Shown here: piece after piece, positions 18,321-28,235 of the stretch
How positions within the stretch are numbered: position 1 is the stretch's first letter
How the letters are laid out: the number at the start of each line of letters is the position of its first letter
Source: a bacterium
GTDB taxonomy: Bacteria; UBA8248
Length of the DNA stretch: 64,000 nucleotides
Reading direction: 5' to 3'
NCBI GenBank assembly: GCA_965221655.1
Contig: OZ244906.1
Span: 1,136,009-1,200,008 of the forward strand
Position numbers and translations under genes: made by a program
Notes under the pieces: generated by a model
Database searches by the model: none
What the model saw: only the letters and a program-made list of their open reading frames with translations
Told to the model about the DNA's origin: nothing

Positions 18321-20924
18321 TCACTTCACAATAATGTTCACCAGGCGGCCCGGCACGACAATGTGGCGCACGATCTCCTTATCAGCGACGTAGCCCGCCG
18401 CCGCCGCCTCGGCCCTGACCTTCAACTCGTCCTCGGGCGCGTCGGGCAGCGCCATGAAGGTGCGCCGCGTCTTGCCGTTCACCTGCACGGCGAACTCCTT
18501 CTCCTCGGCGGCGATGGCTCCCTCATCCACCCCGGGCCACGCCGCGCGGAAGATGCTCCCCTCCCCCGCGCCCAGCGCCTCCCAGAGTTCTTCCGCCACG
18601 TGCGGGGCCATGGGCGCCATGCAGCAGAGCAGAATCTCCGCCGCCTCGCGCTGCACGGCGGCTTCGGCCGCCGCCTCGGTGCGCAGCGAGGTGGCGAGCT
18701 CCATGATGCGGGCCACCGCCGTGTTGAAGGAAAACGTGTTCTCATACACCTCGGTAACCGCCTTCAAGGTGGCGTGGGCGTCGCGCCGGAGCTTTCTGGC
18801 CGGATCCGACAACCCGGCCCCCTCGCCCGCGTAGCGCTCCGCCTCCCGCCAGGCGTCGAGCCTTTCGGCGAAAGTAACCCACAACCTTTGCAAAAAGCGG
18901 TGCACGCCGATGAGGCCGTCGTCGCGCCATTCCTTTGAACGCTCGGGCGGGCCGATGAACAGCGTGTAGAGCCTCCCCGCGTCGGCCCCGTACTGGCCCG
19001 TGCACTCCTCGATGGAGACCCCGTTCATCTTCGACTTGCTCATCGAGGCCATCTCTGCGACCACCCTCTGACCCGCGCGGTATTCGCTGCCGCTGGGGCC
19101 GTCCGCCGTAACGACCAACGCCTCCTCGTCCACGTCCGCGTAGGGCACCCACACGCGCCCGCGCGCCTCGGCCACGTGATAGGCCATGCGGCACACCATG
19201 CCCTGGGTGAAGAGGTTCTCGAAGGGTTCCTCGAACGAGACCAACCCCATGTCGTAGAGCACCTTCGTGAAAAAACGCGAATAGAGCAGGTGCATCACCG
19301 CGTGCTCGGCCCCGCCGATGTACTGGGTAACGGGCAGCCAGCGGTTCACGTCCTCCGGCCGGAAAACCGCCTCCCCGTCGCGCGGATTCACGTAGCGCAG
19401 GTAGTACCACGAGGAGTCCACGAACGTGTCCATCGTGTCCGTCTCGCGGCGGGCGGGCTTTCCCGTCCGGGGGCTGACGACGTTCACGAAGTCCTCGCTT
19501 CGGTCGAGAGGGTTGCCTCCCCGGCCCGTGAACTCCACGTCGCGCGGGTGCACGACGGGCAGATGCTCGTCGGGCACGGGCGTTACGCTGCCGTCTTCCT
19601 CGTAAATGACCGGTATGGGCACCCCCCAATAGCGCTGCCGCGAGATGAGCCAGTCGCGCAGCCGCCAGTTGATCGTCTTTGCGCCGAAGCGCTTCTCGGC
19701 GAAGTAATCGACCATCCGCGAATATGCTTCGCGGTTCGGCTGTCCGTCGAAAGGACCCGAACTCTCCATGACGCCGTCCTCGACGTAGGCCTCCTCCATG
19801 GTGTCGCCGTCCAGCCCGCCTGCGGGATGCTGGATGACCACCTTGACGGGAATGTCGTACTTGCGCGCGAAGAGGAAGTCGCGCTGATCGTGGGCGGGCA
19901 CGCCCATCACGACGCCGGTGCCGTATTCCATCAGCGCGTAGTCGGCCACGAGCAGGGGCACGCGGTCGCCGTTGACGGGGTTGATGACGAAATGCCCGGT
20001 GCGCACGCCCGTCTTCTCGCTGTCCTCGCTCATGCGCACCGCCGCGCTTTGCGCCTGCATGGTCTCCACCGCCGCGCGGACGGAATCGGCCTGCGGGTTG
20101 TCGTCCAGCAATTTCTCGATCATGGGATGCTCGGGGGCGCAGACCATGAACGTAACGCCGTAGACCGTATCGGGCCGCGTGGTGAATACCGAGAGCGTCT
20201 CGCCCGTCGCCTCGAGCGTAAAGTCGATGCGCGCCCCCTCGCTGCGGCCCAGCCAGTTGCGCTGCTGCTGCTTGACGTGCTCGGGCCAGCCGACGAGGCC
20301 GTCTAGGTCGTCGAGCAGACGCTGGGCGTAGTCGGTAATCCGCAAAAACCACTGGCTGAGCCAGCGCTTCTCCACCCGTGCGCCGCTGCGCCAGGCGACC
20401 CCGTCGTGGATTTGCTCGTTGGCGAGCACCGTTCCGTCCACCGGGTCCCAGTTCACGAGCGCCTCGCGCTTGTAGGCCAGGTCCCTTTCGAGCATTCGGA
20501 GAAAAATCCACTGCGTCCACTTGTAATAGCCCGGATGCGCGGTGGAAATCTCGCGCGACCAGTCATAAGCCAGACCCGCCATGCGTAACTGGCGCCGCAT
20601 GTTGTCGATGTTCTTCTGCGTCCAGCCCGCCGGGTGCACGCCCGCGTTGATGGCCGCGTTCTCCGCAGGCAGCCCCAGGGCGTCCCAGCCCATCGGGTGG
20701 AGCACCTCGAAGCCGCGCATCTTGCGGTAGCGGCTGATGGCGTCGCCCATCGTGTAGTTGCAGGCGTGGCCCATGTGCAGGTCGCCCGAGGGGTAGGGGA
20801 ACATCATGAGGGAATAGTAGGTGGGCTTGCCGTCCGAATCGTTGGCGGCGCGGAACGTCCCCTCCTCCTCCCACAGATTTTGCCACTTCTCCTCGTATCG
20901 GGACGGGGTGTATTCGCCGAGCAT
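18321..20924 (-). CDS. leuS: leucine--tRNA ligase
   Basis: MLGEYTPSRYEEKWQNLWEEEGTFRA...YSLMMFPYPSGDLHMGHACNYTMGD (HMGH class-I motif), ...SMSKSKMNGVS (KMSKS motif). About 867 aa from ATG 20924. The track ORF's upstream 58 aa is a non-coding extension. Confidence 0.9.
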   Translation of the reverse strand: MLGEYTPSRYEEKWQNLWEEEGTFRAANDSDGKPTYYSLMMFPYPSGDLHMGHACNYTMGDAISRYRKMRGFEVLHPMGWDALGLPAENAAINAGVHPAGWTQKNIDNMRRQLRMAGLAYDWSREISTAHPGYYKWTQWIFLRMLERDLAYKREALVNWDPVDGTVLANEQIHDGVAWRSGARVEKRWLSQWFLRITDYAQRLLDDLDGLVGWPEHVKQQQRNWLGRSEGARIDFTLEATGETLSVFTTRPDTVYGVTFMVCAPEHPMIEKLLDDNPQADSVRAAVETMQAQSAAVRMSEDSEKTGVRTGHFVINPVNGDRVPLLVADYALMEYGTGVVMGVPAHDQRDFLFARKYDIPVKVVIQHPAGGLDGDTMEEAYVEDGVMESSGPFDGQPNREAYSRMVDYFAEKRFGAKTINWRLRDWLISRQRYWGVPIPVIYEEDGSVTPVPDEHLPVVHPRDVEFTGRGGNPLDRSEDFVNVVSPRTGKPARRETDTMDTFVDSSWYYLRYVNPRDGEAVFRPEDVNRWLPVTQYIGGAEHAVMHLLYSRFFTKVLYDMGLVSFEEPFENLFTQGMVCRMAYHVAEARGRVWVPYADVDEEALVVTADGPSGSEYRAGQRVVAEMASMSKSKMNGVSIEECTGQYGADAGRLYTLFIGPPERSKEWRDDGLIGVHRFLQRLWVTFAERLDAWREAERYAGEGAGLSDPARKLRRDAHATLKAVTEVYENTFSFNTAVARIMELATSLRTEAAAEAAVQREAAEILLCCMAPMAPHVAEELWEALGAGEGSIFRAAWPGVDEGAIAAEEKEFAVQVNGKTRRTFMALPDAPEDELKVRAEAAAAGYVADKEIVRHIVVPGRLVNIIVK

Positions 20925-20994
20925 GTATTTCCTCAATTTTCGGGATGCGCTGCTTGCCTCTTGGGCCGCGCGTTTCGCCGGCCTTGGACAATCC

Positions 20995-21417
20995 TCACAA
21001 ATGCGGCCCTTCGGTGCGGGGGGCGGCCTCCGCCTGCATGCGCGCGAGAACCTCGGGCGGAATGCGGGCCGGCCTTCCGTGCGCGTCAGTGCGCGCATGC
21101 AGGGTGTAGCCCTCTGCCATGGTGCGCTCCGCCTGTTCCACGCGGTAGTCTATACGAACGCGCACGCCGCGGGGTTCCCGCATCCAGCCCGTCACCCGCA
21201 CCTCGCCGTCGTAGCGCGCCCCCTCCTTGTAGCGGCAGCGGCTCTCCACCACGGGAAAGAAAACGCCGCGCTGCTCCAGCTCGCCGTAGGGAAATCCCAT
21301 TTTCCGAAAATACGCGGTCCGCAACTGCTCGAACCATACGTAATAGACCGCGTGGTGCACCACGCCCATCTGGTCCGTCTCGGCATACCTTACACGAAAA
21401 TCGATGGCGAAGGACAA
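20995..21417 (-). CDS. acyl-CoA thioesterase (YbgC/FadM 4HBT family)
   Basis: 140 aa; MSFAIDFRVRYAETDQMGVVHHAVYYVWFE... is the hot-dog fold thioesterase signature. Confidence 0.75.
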   Translation of the reverse strand: MSFAIDFRVRYAETDQMGVVHHAVYYVWFEQLRTAYFRKMGFPYGELEQRGVFFPVVESRCRYKEGARYDGEVRVTGWMREPRGVRVRIDYRVEQAERTMAEGYTLHARTDAHGRPARIPPEVLARMQAEAAPRTEGPHL

Positions 21418-21441
21418 GCCTGCTCGACTCCGGGGCGCAGA

Positions 21442-22806
21442 TCAGAAGAGAAACATGCCGGCGATGTTCAGGTAGATCAGCAGCCCCAGAACGTCCACGC
21501 CGGTCGTGACGAAAGGCCCCGTCGCCACCGCCGGGTCGACGCGGAAGCGATGCAGAACGAGCGGCAAAAACGAGGCGAGAAGAGCGGAGAACATCATCAC
21601 CACGCAAATCGAAAGACCCACCACCAAGCCCAGCCAGGCGACCGAGGCGAACTGATACGCCGCCAACACCCCCAGCAACACGCCGTAGCAGCCGCCCAGG
21701 AGCATCCCCACGGTTACCTCTTTCGTGATGACGCGCAGCCACGATTTCGGATCGATGCGGCCCGTCGCCAGCCCCCGCACGACGATGGTCGCGCTTTGGG
21801 TGCCCACGTTGCCCGCCATGCCGATGATGACGGGCATGAAGGCCGTAAGGGCCACCACCTGGCTGAGTTCCATCGAATAAAGGTGGAGCAACTGCGCGGC
21901 GAGCACGCCCCCCAGCCAGCTGAAGAACAGCCAGGGCAGGCGAATCCACGCGAGACGCCGGGCGGAGAGAGCCGTCACCTCGTCCTGATAGGAGTGGGTG
22001 CCCGCCATCTTGAGGATGTCCTCGGTCGCCTCCTCGCGCAGGACGTCGAGCACGTCGTCGACCGTGATGATGCCCACCAGCACGTTGTCGTCGTCCACGA
22101 CGGGGATGGCCAGAATGTTGTAGCGCGAGACGACGCGCGCGACGTGTTCCTGGTCGGCGTGGACGTTCACGCTCCAGACGTTGGTCACCATCACCTCGGC
22201 GAGGGGCTTGTCCGGGTCCGAGAGCAGGAGCTGCCGCAGGCTGATGACGCCGCGCAGACAGGCGTTCGCGTCGGTGACGTAGACGTAGAATATGTAGTCC
22301 ACCTCGCCCGCCTTGCGCACCCGGGAGATGGCCTCGTTGACCGTAATCTCCTCGTCGAGAGCCACGTAGGAGTCCGTCATGATCGCGCCCGCCGTCTCGG
22401 GCATATACGCCATCATGTCCTGTATGGCTTCGGTTTCGGGCGCGTCGAGCAGGGCGACTATCTCGCGCGCGCGCTCCTCGGGCAGGGTCTCGAGGATATA
22501 GCGTGCGTCGTCGCTGTCGAGTTCCTTGATGAGGGGCACCACCTCCGTGTCGGACACGGGGTCGAGAAGTTCGCGCACGATGTGGGAGTCCGATTCGGTA
22601 AGAATCGAAGCGCGGTGCTCCCTGCTGCGCACCAGCGAGAACGCCTCCTGACGCTCCTCGGGCAGGAAGTGCTGGAAAATCTGCGCCACCTCGGCGGCGT
22701 GCATTTTCTCCAGTGCGTTCGAGAGGTTCGCATCCGCCTTGTGGCGCAGGAGACGACGCACCATGTCCTCGATGCGGAGTAGCCTGGGGTCGCGCTCGTT
22801 CACCAT
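21442..22806 (-). CDS. mgtE: magnesium transporter MgtE
   Basis: N-terminal MgtE_N, tandem CBS domains (...GAIMTDSYVALDEEITVNEAISRVRK..., ...NILAIPVVDDDNVLVGIITVDDVLDVL...), C-terminal five-TM MgtE domain. ATG 22806. Confidence 0.85.
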   Translation of the reverse strand: MVNERDPRLLRIEDMVRRLLRHKADANLSNALEKMHAAEVAQIFQHFLPEERQEAFSLVRSREHRASILTESDSHIVRELLDPVSDTEVVPLIKELDSDDARYILETLPEERAREIVALLDAPETEAIQDMMAYMPETAGAIMTDSYVALDEEITVNEAISRVRKAGEVDYIFYVYVTDANACLRGVISLRQLLLSDPDKPLAEVMVTNVWSVNVHADQEHVARVVSRYNILAIPVVDDDNVLVGIITVDDVLDVLREEATEDILKMAGTHSYQDEVTALSARRLAWIRLPWLFFSWLGGVLAAQLLHLYSMELSQVVALTAFMPVIIGMAGNVGTQSATIVVRGLATGRIDPKSWLRVITKEVTVGMLLGGCYGVLLGVLAAYQFASVAWLGLVVGLSICVVMMFSALLASFLPLVLHRFRVDPAVATGPFVTTGVDVLGLLIYLNIAGMFLF

Positions 22807-22855
22807 CGTTTCACGCCTCGGGAGTGGCTGCGAACACAGCAATCAAAGGGCGTAG

Positions 22856-22884
22856 AGTCTATTGAACGCGGCAGGGGGTGTCAA
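22856..22884 (-). promoter_or_regulatory. sigma70-like promoter for mgtE: -35 TTGACA (plus coords 22884-22879), 17-nt spacer, -10 TAGACT (22861-22856)
   Basis: Read on the minus strand inside a locally AT-rich divergent intergenic region (22843-23161). It leaves a ~50-nt leader, too short for an M-box. Confidence 0.4.
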
Positions 22885-23161
22885 TTCTTCTTGTATTGCG
22901 CGCGAAGTTGGCATATCTTTGGATTATGGTCGTATGAGAGGCCACGCAGATGCCCACGGTCTTCGCGCAGCGTAGTTCGTTCGCCCTTGGGAGCGACTTG
23001 CCATCGCCAGACTTCACGGCCGGCTCACAGGACTGAAGCCCAAGCAAATCAAAGCCCTGGAGAGGCTTTATCGCCGCAAGGCCCTGCCCGGACAATGCGT
23101 CCACCTCGAGCTCGGACGCGAACTCGCCACCCTCTCACGCGATGTCGCCCGCCAGGTCGGT

Positions 23162-24709
23162 TTGCTCATCGACCGCCTCGGCGTCGTGCGCTACGTCATC
23201 GTGGGCGACGCGCGGAGCATCGAAATACCCGAGCTCGGTCGTGCCCGCGCGGGCATGGCGCGGCTGCGGGGTCTGCGCTGCGTACACACCCACCTGGACG
23301 CTTCCCCGCTCTCTCAGGAAGACCTGACGGACATGGCCCTGCTTCGCCTCGACGCCATGGCGGTTATCGAGGCGCTCGAAGACGGGGAGGCGGGCCGCTT
23401 CCACCTCGCCCACATCACGCCCCGGCCTCCCGGGGAGGAAAACGGAAACGGAACCTCCGCGCGCAGCCGCCCCCCCTGGGAGGTGCAGACGTTCCCCAGC
23501 CTGGAGGCGAGCCGCGTCGACATAGACGCCCTGGTCAACTCGCTCGAAAACGAGTTCGCCCGCTTGCAGAAATCCTCGGTGCGGCTCGAAGAGGGCGAGC
23601 GCGCCCTGCTCGTGCATCTTGACACAGGCGGGAGGAGCGAGCGCTCGAGCGAGGTGGAGTTCGAAGAGCTCTCCCTGCTCACGCGCGCGGCGGGCTTCAT
23701 CCCCTGCGGAAAGATTCTCCAGCGCCGCAAAAAGCCCGATCCGCGCTTCGTCATCGGCAAGGGGCGTCTGGCGGAGGCGCTGATGAACTCGATGCAGGTG
23801 GGCGCCGAAGCACTGTTCTTCTCGAGCGAGCTCACCCCCTCGCAAGTCAAGAATTTATCGGGATTCACCGACCTCAAGATTCTCGACCGCACCCAAATCA
23901 TCCTGGACATCTTCGCCCAGAGGGCCAAGAGCCGCGTGGGCAAACTCCAGGTGGAACTCGCCCTGCTGCGTTACACGCTGCCGCGCATCTCCTCGCGCCA
24001 CACCGCGCTCAGCAGGCTCACGGGCGGCATCGGCGGCAGGGGGCCGGGCGAAACCAAGATAGAGATTCACCGCCGCCGCGCGTTCGAGCGCATCCGCAGG
24101 GTGGAGAGAGAACTCCAAACGCTGCAGAAAAAACGCTCCCAGGGCAGGCGTCTGCGCAGGCGGCGCGAGGTGCCCGTTCTCTCGCTCGTGGGCTATACCA
24201 ACGCAGGCAAATCCACCCTCCTCAACGCCCTCACGAACAGCGACGTGGTGGCCGAGGACCGTCTCTTCGCCACCCTGGACACCGCGAGCCGAAGGCTCAG
24301 GCTGCCGCGTGAGCAGGAAGTCGTCATCACCGACACCGTGGGCTTCATCCACGACCTGCCGCAAGAACTCATCGGCGCTTTCCGCTCCACGCTCGAGGAG
24401 TTGAGCGAGGCCGACCTTTTGCTCCACGTCATCGACGCCTCCTCGCCCCACTGCGAGGAAAACCTCTTTTCCGTCGAGAAGATACTGGGCGAAATCGGCC
24501 TTGCGGACACCCCCCGCATCCGCGTGTTCAACAAGATGGATCTGACCGACGAGGTGCGTCTGGCCAACCTGTGCCGCCGCTTCGAGGGGGTCGCCGTGAG
24601 CGGCGCCGACCCCGAAAGCCTGATTCCCCTCGTCGAGGAGGCCGCCCGCCGCCTCGCCCACACGGAAGAGGAATATGAGAGCAGAGAATACCAGCGCGCC
24701 GCGAACTGA
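23162..24709 (+). CDS. hflX: GTPase HflX with an N-terminal extension
   Basis: HflX N-domain homology starts at ...[15 protein letters not shown]...[10 protein letters not shown].... G-domain motifs GYTNAGKST (G1), DTVGF (G3), NKMD (G4). The first canonical start is TTG 23162. The frame stays open upstream to 22976 with no ATG/GTG/TTG. About 145 aa precede the recognisable HflX fold. Confidence 0.75.
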   Translation: MLIDRLGVVRYVIVGDARSIEIPELGRARAGMARLRGLRCVHTHLDASPLSQEDLTDMALLRLDAMAVIEALEDGEAGRFHLAHITPRPPGEENGNGTSARSRPPWEVQTFPSLEASRVDIDALVNSLENEFARLQKSSVRLEEGERALLVHLDTGGRSERSSEVEFEELSLLTRAAGFIPCGKILQRRKKPDPRFVIGKGRLAEALMNSMQVGAEALFFSSELTPSQVKNLSGFTDLKILDRTQIILDIFAQRAKSRVGKLQVELALLRYTLPRISSRHTALSRLTGGIGGRGPGETKIEIHRRRAFERIRRVERELQTLQKKRSQGRRLRRRREVPVLSLVGYTNAGKSTLLNALTNSDVVAEDRLFATLDTASRRLRLPREQEVVITDTVGFIHDLPQELIGAFRSTLEELSEADLLLHVIDASSPHCEENLFSVEKILGEIGLADTPRIRVFNKMDLTDEVRLANLCRRFEGVAVSGADPESLIPLVEEAARRLAHTEEEYESREYQRAAN

Positions 24710-25331
24710 CCTGCGCGCACTCCTCCCGGCCACCGCCGCGCTTTTGGCTCTCCTGGCTGCAGGCTGCGCCAGTGACGAATCCGCAAGCCCCGGCCTTTTG
24801 GAGAAGACGACGGCCACCGTAAAATCCGCCATCGCCACGACCAACAGGTCCATTGCGAAAGCGGCGATCACCATCTCGGAATACCAGCGCGAGCAGGCAT
24901 ACGGCCCGCGCGGACGCAAGAAAGAGCAAAGCGCGGGCGCACAAAACCCCGGGGAGGCACAACCCGCGCAGGGCGAATCACGCGCCGCCGCCCCCGCGTC
25001 GTCTCCCGGCGACAGGTTTCCCTCCAGAAATCTCCCCGCGCGCGAGGGAAACGCGCAGGGACAAGCGAGTGCGCGGGCCGAAACTTCGCAAAAAATTCCC
25101 ATGCATCCCGCGCAACTCAAAAAGCGCATCCAGGAGGTCGAGCGCGAGCGCCTGCGCTCTCAGGACAGCGCGAGAAGGCGCGAGTTGGCCCTTGAGCGCA
25201 AAAGGCTCGAGGACGCCTTGCAAAGAGCGCAGAGAGAAGAAGCGATTATTCAGGAGATGGAACAACTCCGCCGCAAACTGCGCGACTTGCAAGACGAATT
25301 GCTCGAGCTGCAGCAAAAGGGCGGCGGCTAG
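24675..25331 (+). CDS. hypothetical lipoprotein with C-terminal coiled-coil
   Basis: Lipobox LALLAAGC. Pro/Ala/Gln-rich linker. Charged heptad-like C-terminus (ERERLRSQDSARRRELALERKRLEDALQRAQREEAIIQEMEQLRRKLRDLQDELLELQQ). Overlaps the hflX end by 35 nt, so the true start may be internal. Confidence 0.45.
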   Translation: MRAENTSAPRTDLRALLPATAALLALLAAGCASDESASPGLLEKTTATVKSAIATTNRSIAKAAITISEYQREQAYGPRGRKKEQSAGAQNPGEAQPAQGESRAAAPASSPGDRFPSRNLPAREGNAQGQASARAETSQKIPMHPAQLKKRIQEVERERLRSQDSARRRELALERKRLEDALQRAQREEAIIQEMEQLRRKLRDLQDELLELQQKGGG

Positions 25332-25336
25332 CGATT

Positions 25337-28135
25337 TCAGGAACCGGGTGAGACGACCACCAGGCATTCCCGCCCCCGCGCCATGAAGCGGCGTGCGGCT
25401 TCCTCTACCTCCTCCCCCCTCACGCCCTCGATACGCGCGATGGATTGCGCGAGCGTCTCCCATCCCAGGTCGTAGGCGAGCGCACCCGCCAGGTCGGTCG
25501 CCCGCGCGGCGGCGCGCTGGTGGCTGCGGGACAAGCCCCCGACGAGGAACGCCTTCGCCCGCTGTAATTCCTCGGGCGCAAGACCCGCCCGCGCAAGGCG
25601 CTCTATCTCCCGGCGTATGAGGTCCACGGCCGCCGTCTCCCTGCCCGGCAGCGTGGCCGCGTAGATCGAGACGACACCCGCATCCAGAGAATCATGCGAT
25701 GAGGCGCTCACGTCGTAGGCGAGGCCGCGCTTCTCGCGCAACTCGAAGAAGAGCCTTCCGCCCTGGCTGCCGAGGACCGTGCAGGCAACGGCGAGTGCGT
25801 GCCGCGCGGGGTCGTGAAACGTCGCTCCCGGAAACGCCATGTGGACGTGGCTCTGCGACGCTCCCTCGACCACATACGCCCGAAAGCGCCCCCTCGCGGG
25901 CACCCTGGGCGGGGCGGGAGCGGGAGCGGGCGTTTTTTCGCAAACCTCCCGCGCCCAGGGCGCCAGCATGTCGGGGAGGCGTTCTTCAAAAAACGCCGCG
26001 TCGAAATTCCCAGCCACCGCGAGGATGAGATGCGCGGGCAACGCCCGCCTGCGCCACTCGCTCCGCAAGACCCTCGGGGTGAAAGAAGCCATCGTCTCGC
26101 GCGTTCCGAGCGGGTGGCGGCCCAGCGGGTGTCTGCCGTAGAGGAGTTGATACCCCTTGAAGCGGCAGTATTGCCCCAGGTCATCCAGTTCGCTGTCGCG
26201 CTCCGCGTCGAGCTCCGCTCTGTTGAACTCCACGTCGTCCGGGTCGAAAGCGGGTGCGGAGAGGACTTCCACGAGCACATCGAGCACGCGGGGCAGCACC
26301 GCGCTCAGCCCCGAGGCGTTCAGCCCGAAGGTGTTTCGGCCCGAAAATCCGCCGATGCTCGCCCCCAGAGCCTCCACCTCCCGCGTAAGGGCGAGCGAGG
26401 AACGACGCCTGCTCGCCAGGGGGGCGACCGAAGTCATCAGCGCGTAGAGACCCGCCCGGCGCGCGGATTCGCTTCTTTGTCCACCCGGGAACACCGCCCG
26501 CAGGGCGAAGACGCGCGGGCCGCCGTCGGGCAGCATGATCAACCGCCCCCCGCCCGGAAGCCCCATCTGCGTCGGCTCGGCCTTGGGCTTCGCACGTCGT
26601 GCGCCGCGCTTCGTACTCCTGGCTTCAAGAAGCGGGGGCGCAGACGGGGAGGCAGGCGGCTCTGTGCGTGCCTGCGGCGCGGGGCGCGCATCTGCACCTG
26701 CCTCGAATGCGCTGCGTATCGCCTTGTGCATCTTGCGGGCGTCGATTCCCCGCCCGGCGGGGAAAAACGCACCCGCGGTCAGCCGCGCGGGCTTGAAGTA
26801 GCGTCGCGCCGCCGCCGATACGGCGCGGGCGTCGACGGCCAGCACCTTGCGCACGTAGTCGAGATGATAATCCGCATCGCCCGTGATCAGCGCGGAATAA
26901 CCCGCGAGACGCGCGCGGCCCGTCATGCTCTCACGCCGAAACTCCATGCCCGTCAGATAATTCACCCGCACCTTCTCGAGTTCTTCCGGCGTAGCGGGCG
27001 CATCCCGGGCGATGTCTCTCGCCACCTCGAGGATTTGCGCAATCGCGCGCCGTGCGTTTTCGGGCGCCGCGTAGCCACCCAGAAAGAACAGGCCCGGCCC
27101 GCCGGAGAAACACGCCTCGGCGGAGGCGTCGAACATCAGCCCCTCCTGCATGCACAGACGCTCGTAGAGGCGCGAGCTCTCCCCCGCCCCCAGAACGCTG
27201 GCGAGCACCTCCAGCGCGGGTGCGTCGGGGTGGGTGAGGGGAGGAATCGCAAAGGCGAGGTCCAGATGCGCCGTTCCCGAGCGTCCACGCCGCACGACGA
27301 CGCGCGGCCCGGGCTTCGCCGGAGCAGGCGCGGGAACCTTTCTCGCCCTGTGAGGCCGGGGCTTCGGCCACTTGGCGAGCAGGCGCCTTTGCGTCCTGCG
27401 CAGGATTTTTTTGATGCGGGAGACCTCAAAGGCGCCCGCAAACACCAAAATGGCCGAAGCCGGCGCGTAGAATGCGCGGTGATACGCCTCGAGTGCCTGC
27501 GCGCCGATGCGCCGCAAACTTCGCCGCGTACCCAGAACGGAGTGTCCGTAGGGATGGCGGCGGCCGTAGGCCGCGCGGTACAGATGAAGCTGCAAGAGGT
27601 GTTCGGGCTGCTCAAAGGCGCGGTTGCGCTCGGTGATGATGACCTCTCTTTCGCGCCGCACCTCCTCTTCGTCGAACCGCGGCCACCAAAGGGCGTCCAG
27701 GAGTGCCTCCAGACACCCCTCGAACGCGCCGGGCATGGCTATCAGGTCGTAATGGGTGGACTCGCTCGTCGTGTAGGCGTTCACGTCGCCGCCCGCGGCC
27801 TCGGCCATGGAGGCCAGCTCCCCCACCCCCAGGGTTTCGGAACCCTTGAAGATCATGTGTTCGAGAAAATGAGAAACGCCCTCGAGCGGTTCGCTCTCCG
27901 TCAGGCTGCCGACGGGAAACCACGCCTGCACGCTCACCGCGGGGGCCGAGGCGTCGGGCAGAAAAAGGCAGAGCGGGCATCCTCTCGCACGGGAGACGAG
28001 AGGCTTCGCGTCCCGGATGAATTCTTGGGCCATGTTTGTTTGCGGTTCCGCCATCTTGTCGAACGGGTCGGCTTCGCTCCGGACGCAATCGGGAAGCAGC
28101 GCATCTCTTGACTTCCAGGGAGCGGAGCGTATCAT
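25337..28135 (-). CDS. M16 family zinc metallopeptidase (pitrilysin/insulinase-like), duplicated M16 unit
   Basis: Inverted zinc motif HFLEHMIFKGS (HxxEH) in the first unit, then a second inactive-type M16 half. About 930 aa. Start ambiguous (28135, or internal ATGs at about 28054 or 28033). Confidence 0.8.
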   Translation of the reverse strand: MIRSAPWKSRDALLPDCVRSEADPFDKMAEPQTNMAQEFIRDAKPLVSRARGCPLCLFLPDASAPAVSVQAWFPVGSLTESEPLEGVSHFLEHMIFKGSETLGVGELASMAEAAGGDVNAYTTSESTHYDLIAMPGAFEGCLEALLDALWWPRFDEEEVRREREVIITERNRAFEQPEHLLQLHLYRAAYGRRHPYGHSVLGTRRSLRRIGAQALEAYHRAFYAPASAILVFAGAFEVSRIKKILRRTQRRLLAKWPKPRPHRARKVPAPAPAKPGPRVVVRRGRSGTAHLDLAFAIPPLTHPDAPALEVLASVLGAGESSRLYERLCMQEGLMFDASAEACFSGGPGLFFLGGYAAPENARRAIAQILEVARDIARDAPATPEELEKVRVNYLTGMEFRRESMTGRARLAGYSALITGDADYHLDYVRKVLAVDARAVSAAARRYFKPARLTAGAFFPAGRGIDARKMHKAIRSAFEAGADARPAPQARTEPPASPSAPPLLEARSTKRGARRAKPKAEPTQMGLPGGGRLIMLPDGGPRVFALRAVFPGGQRSESARRAGLYALMTSVAPLASRRRSSLALTREVEALGASIGGFSGRNTFGLNASGLSAVLPRVLDVLVEVLSAPAFDPDDVEFNRAELDAERDSELDDLGQYCRFKGYQLLYGRHPLGRHPLGTRETMASFTPRVLRSEWRRRALPAHLILAVAGNFDAAFFEERLPDMLAPWAREVCEKTPAPAPAPPRVPARGRFRAYVVEGASQSHVHMAFPGATFHDPARHALAVACTVLGSQGGRLFFELREKRGLAYDVSASSHDSLDAGVVSIYAATLPGRETAAVDLIRREIERLARAGLAPEELQRAKAFLVGGLSRSHQRAAARATDLAGALAYDLGWETLAQSIARIEGVRGEEVEEAARRFMARGRECLVVVSPGS

Positions 28136-28235
28136 CTCCCCTCGGCAAAGTCATGCGGCACGACGCGGGTAGACCTCCGCGCCGCGCCTGCAACCTCCTT
28201 GAACGGTGAATGCGCATCTCGAATGGGGGCCACCC

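Noticed and set aside
22807-23040. Possible M-box (Mg2+) riboswitch in the mgtE leader
   Set aside because: The promoter TTGACA-N17-TAGACT sits only ~50 nt upstream of the mgtE ATG. An M-box needs about 160 nt of conserved structure, which is not present.
23855-25129. 424-aa minus-strand ORF
   Set aside because: Antisense to hflX and the lipoprotein gene. Cys/Ala/Arg-rich junk translation with no domain signature.
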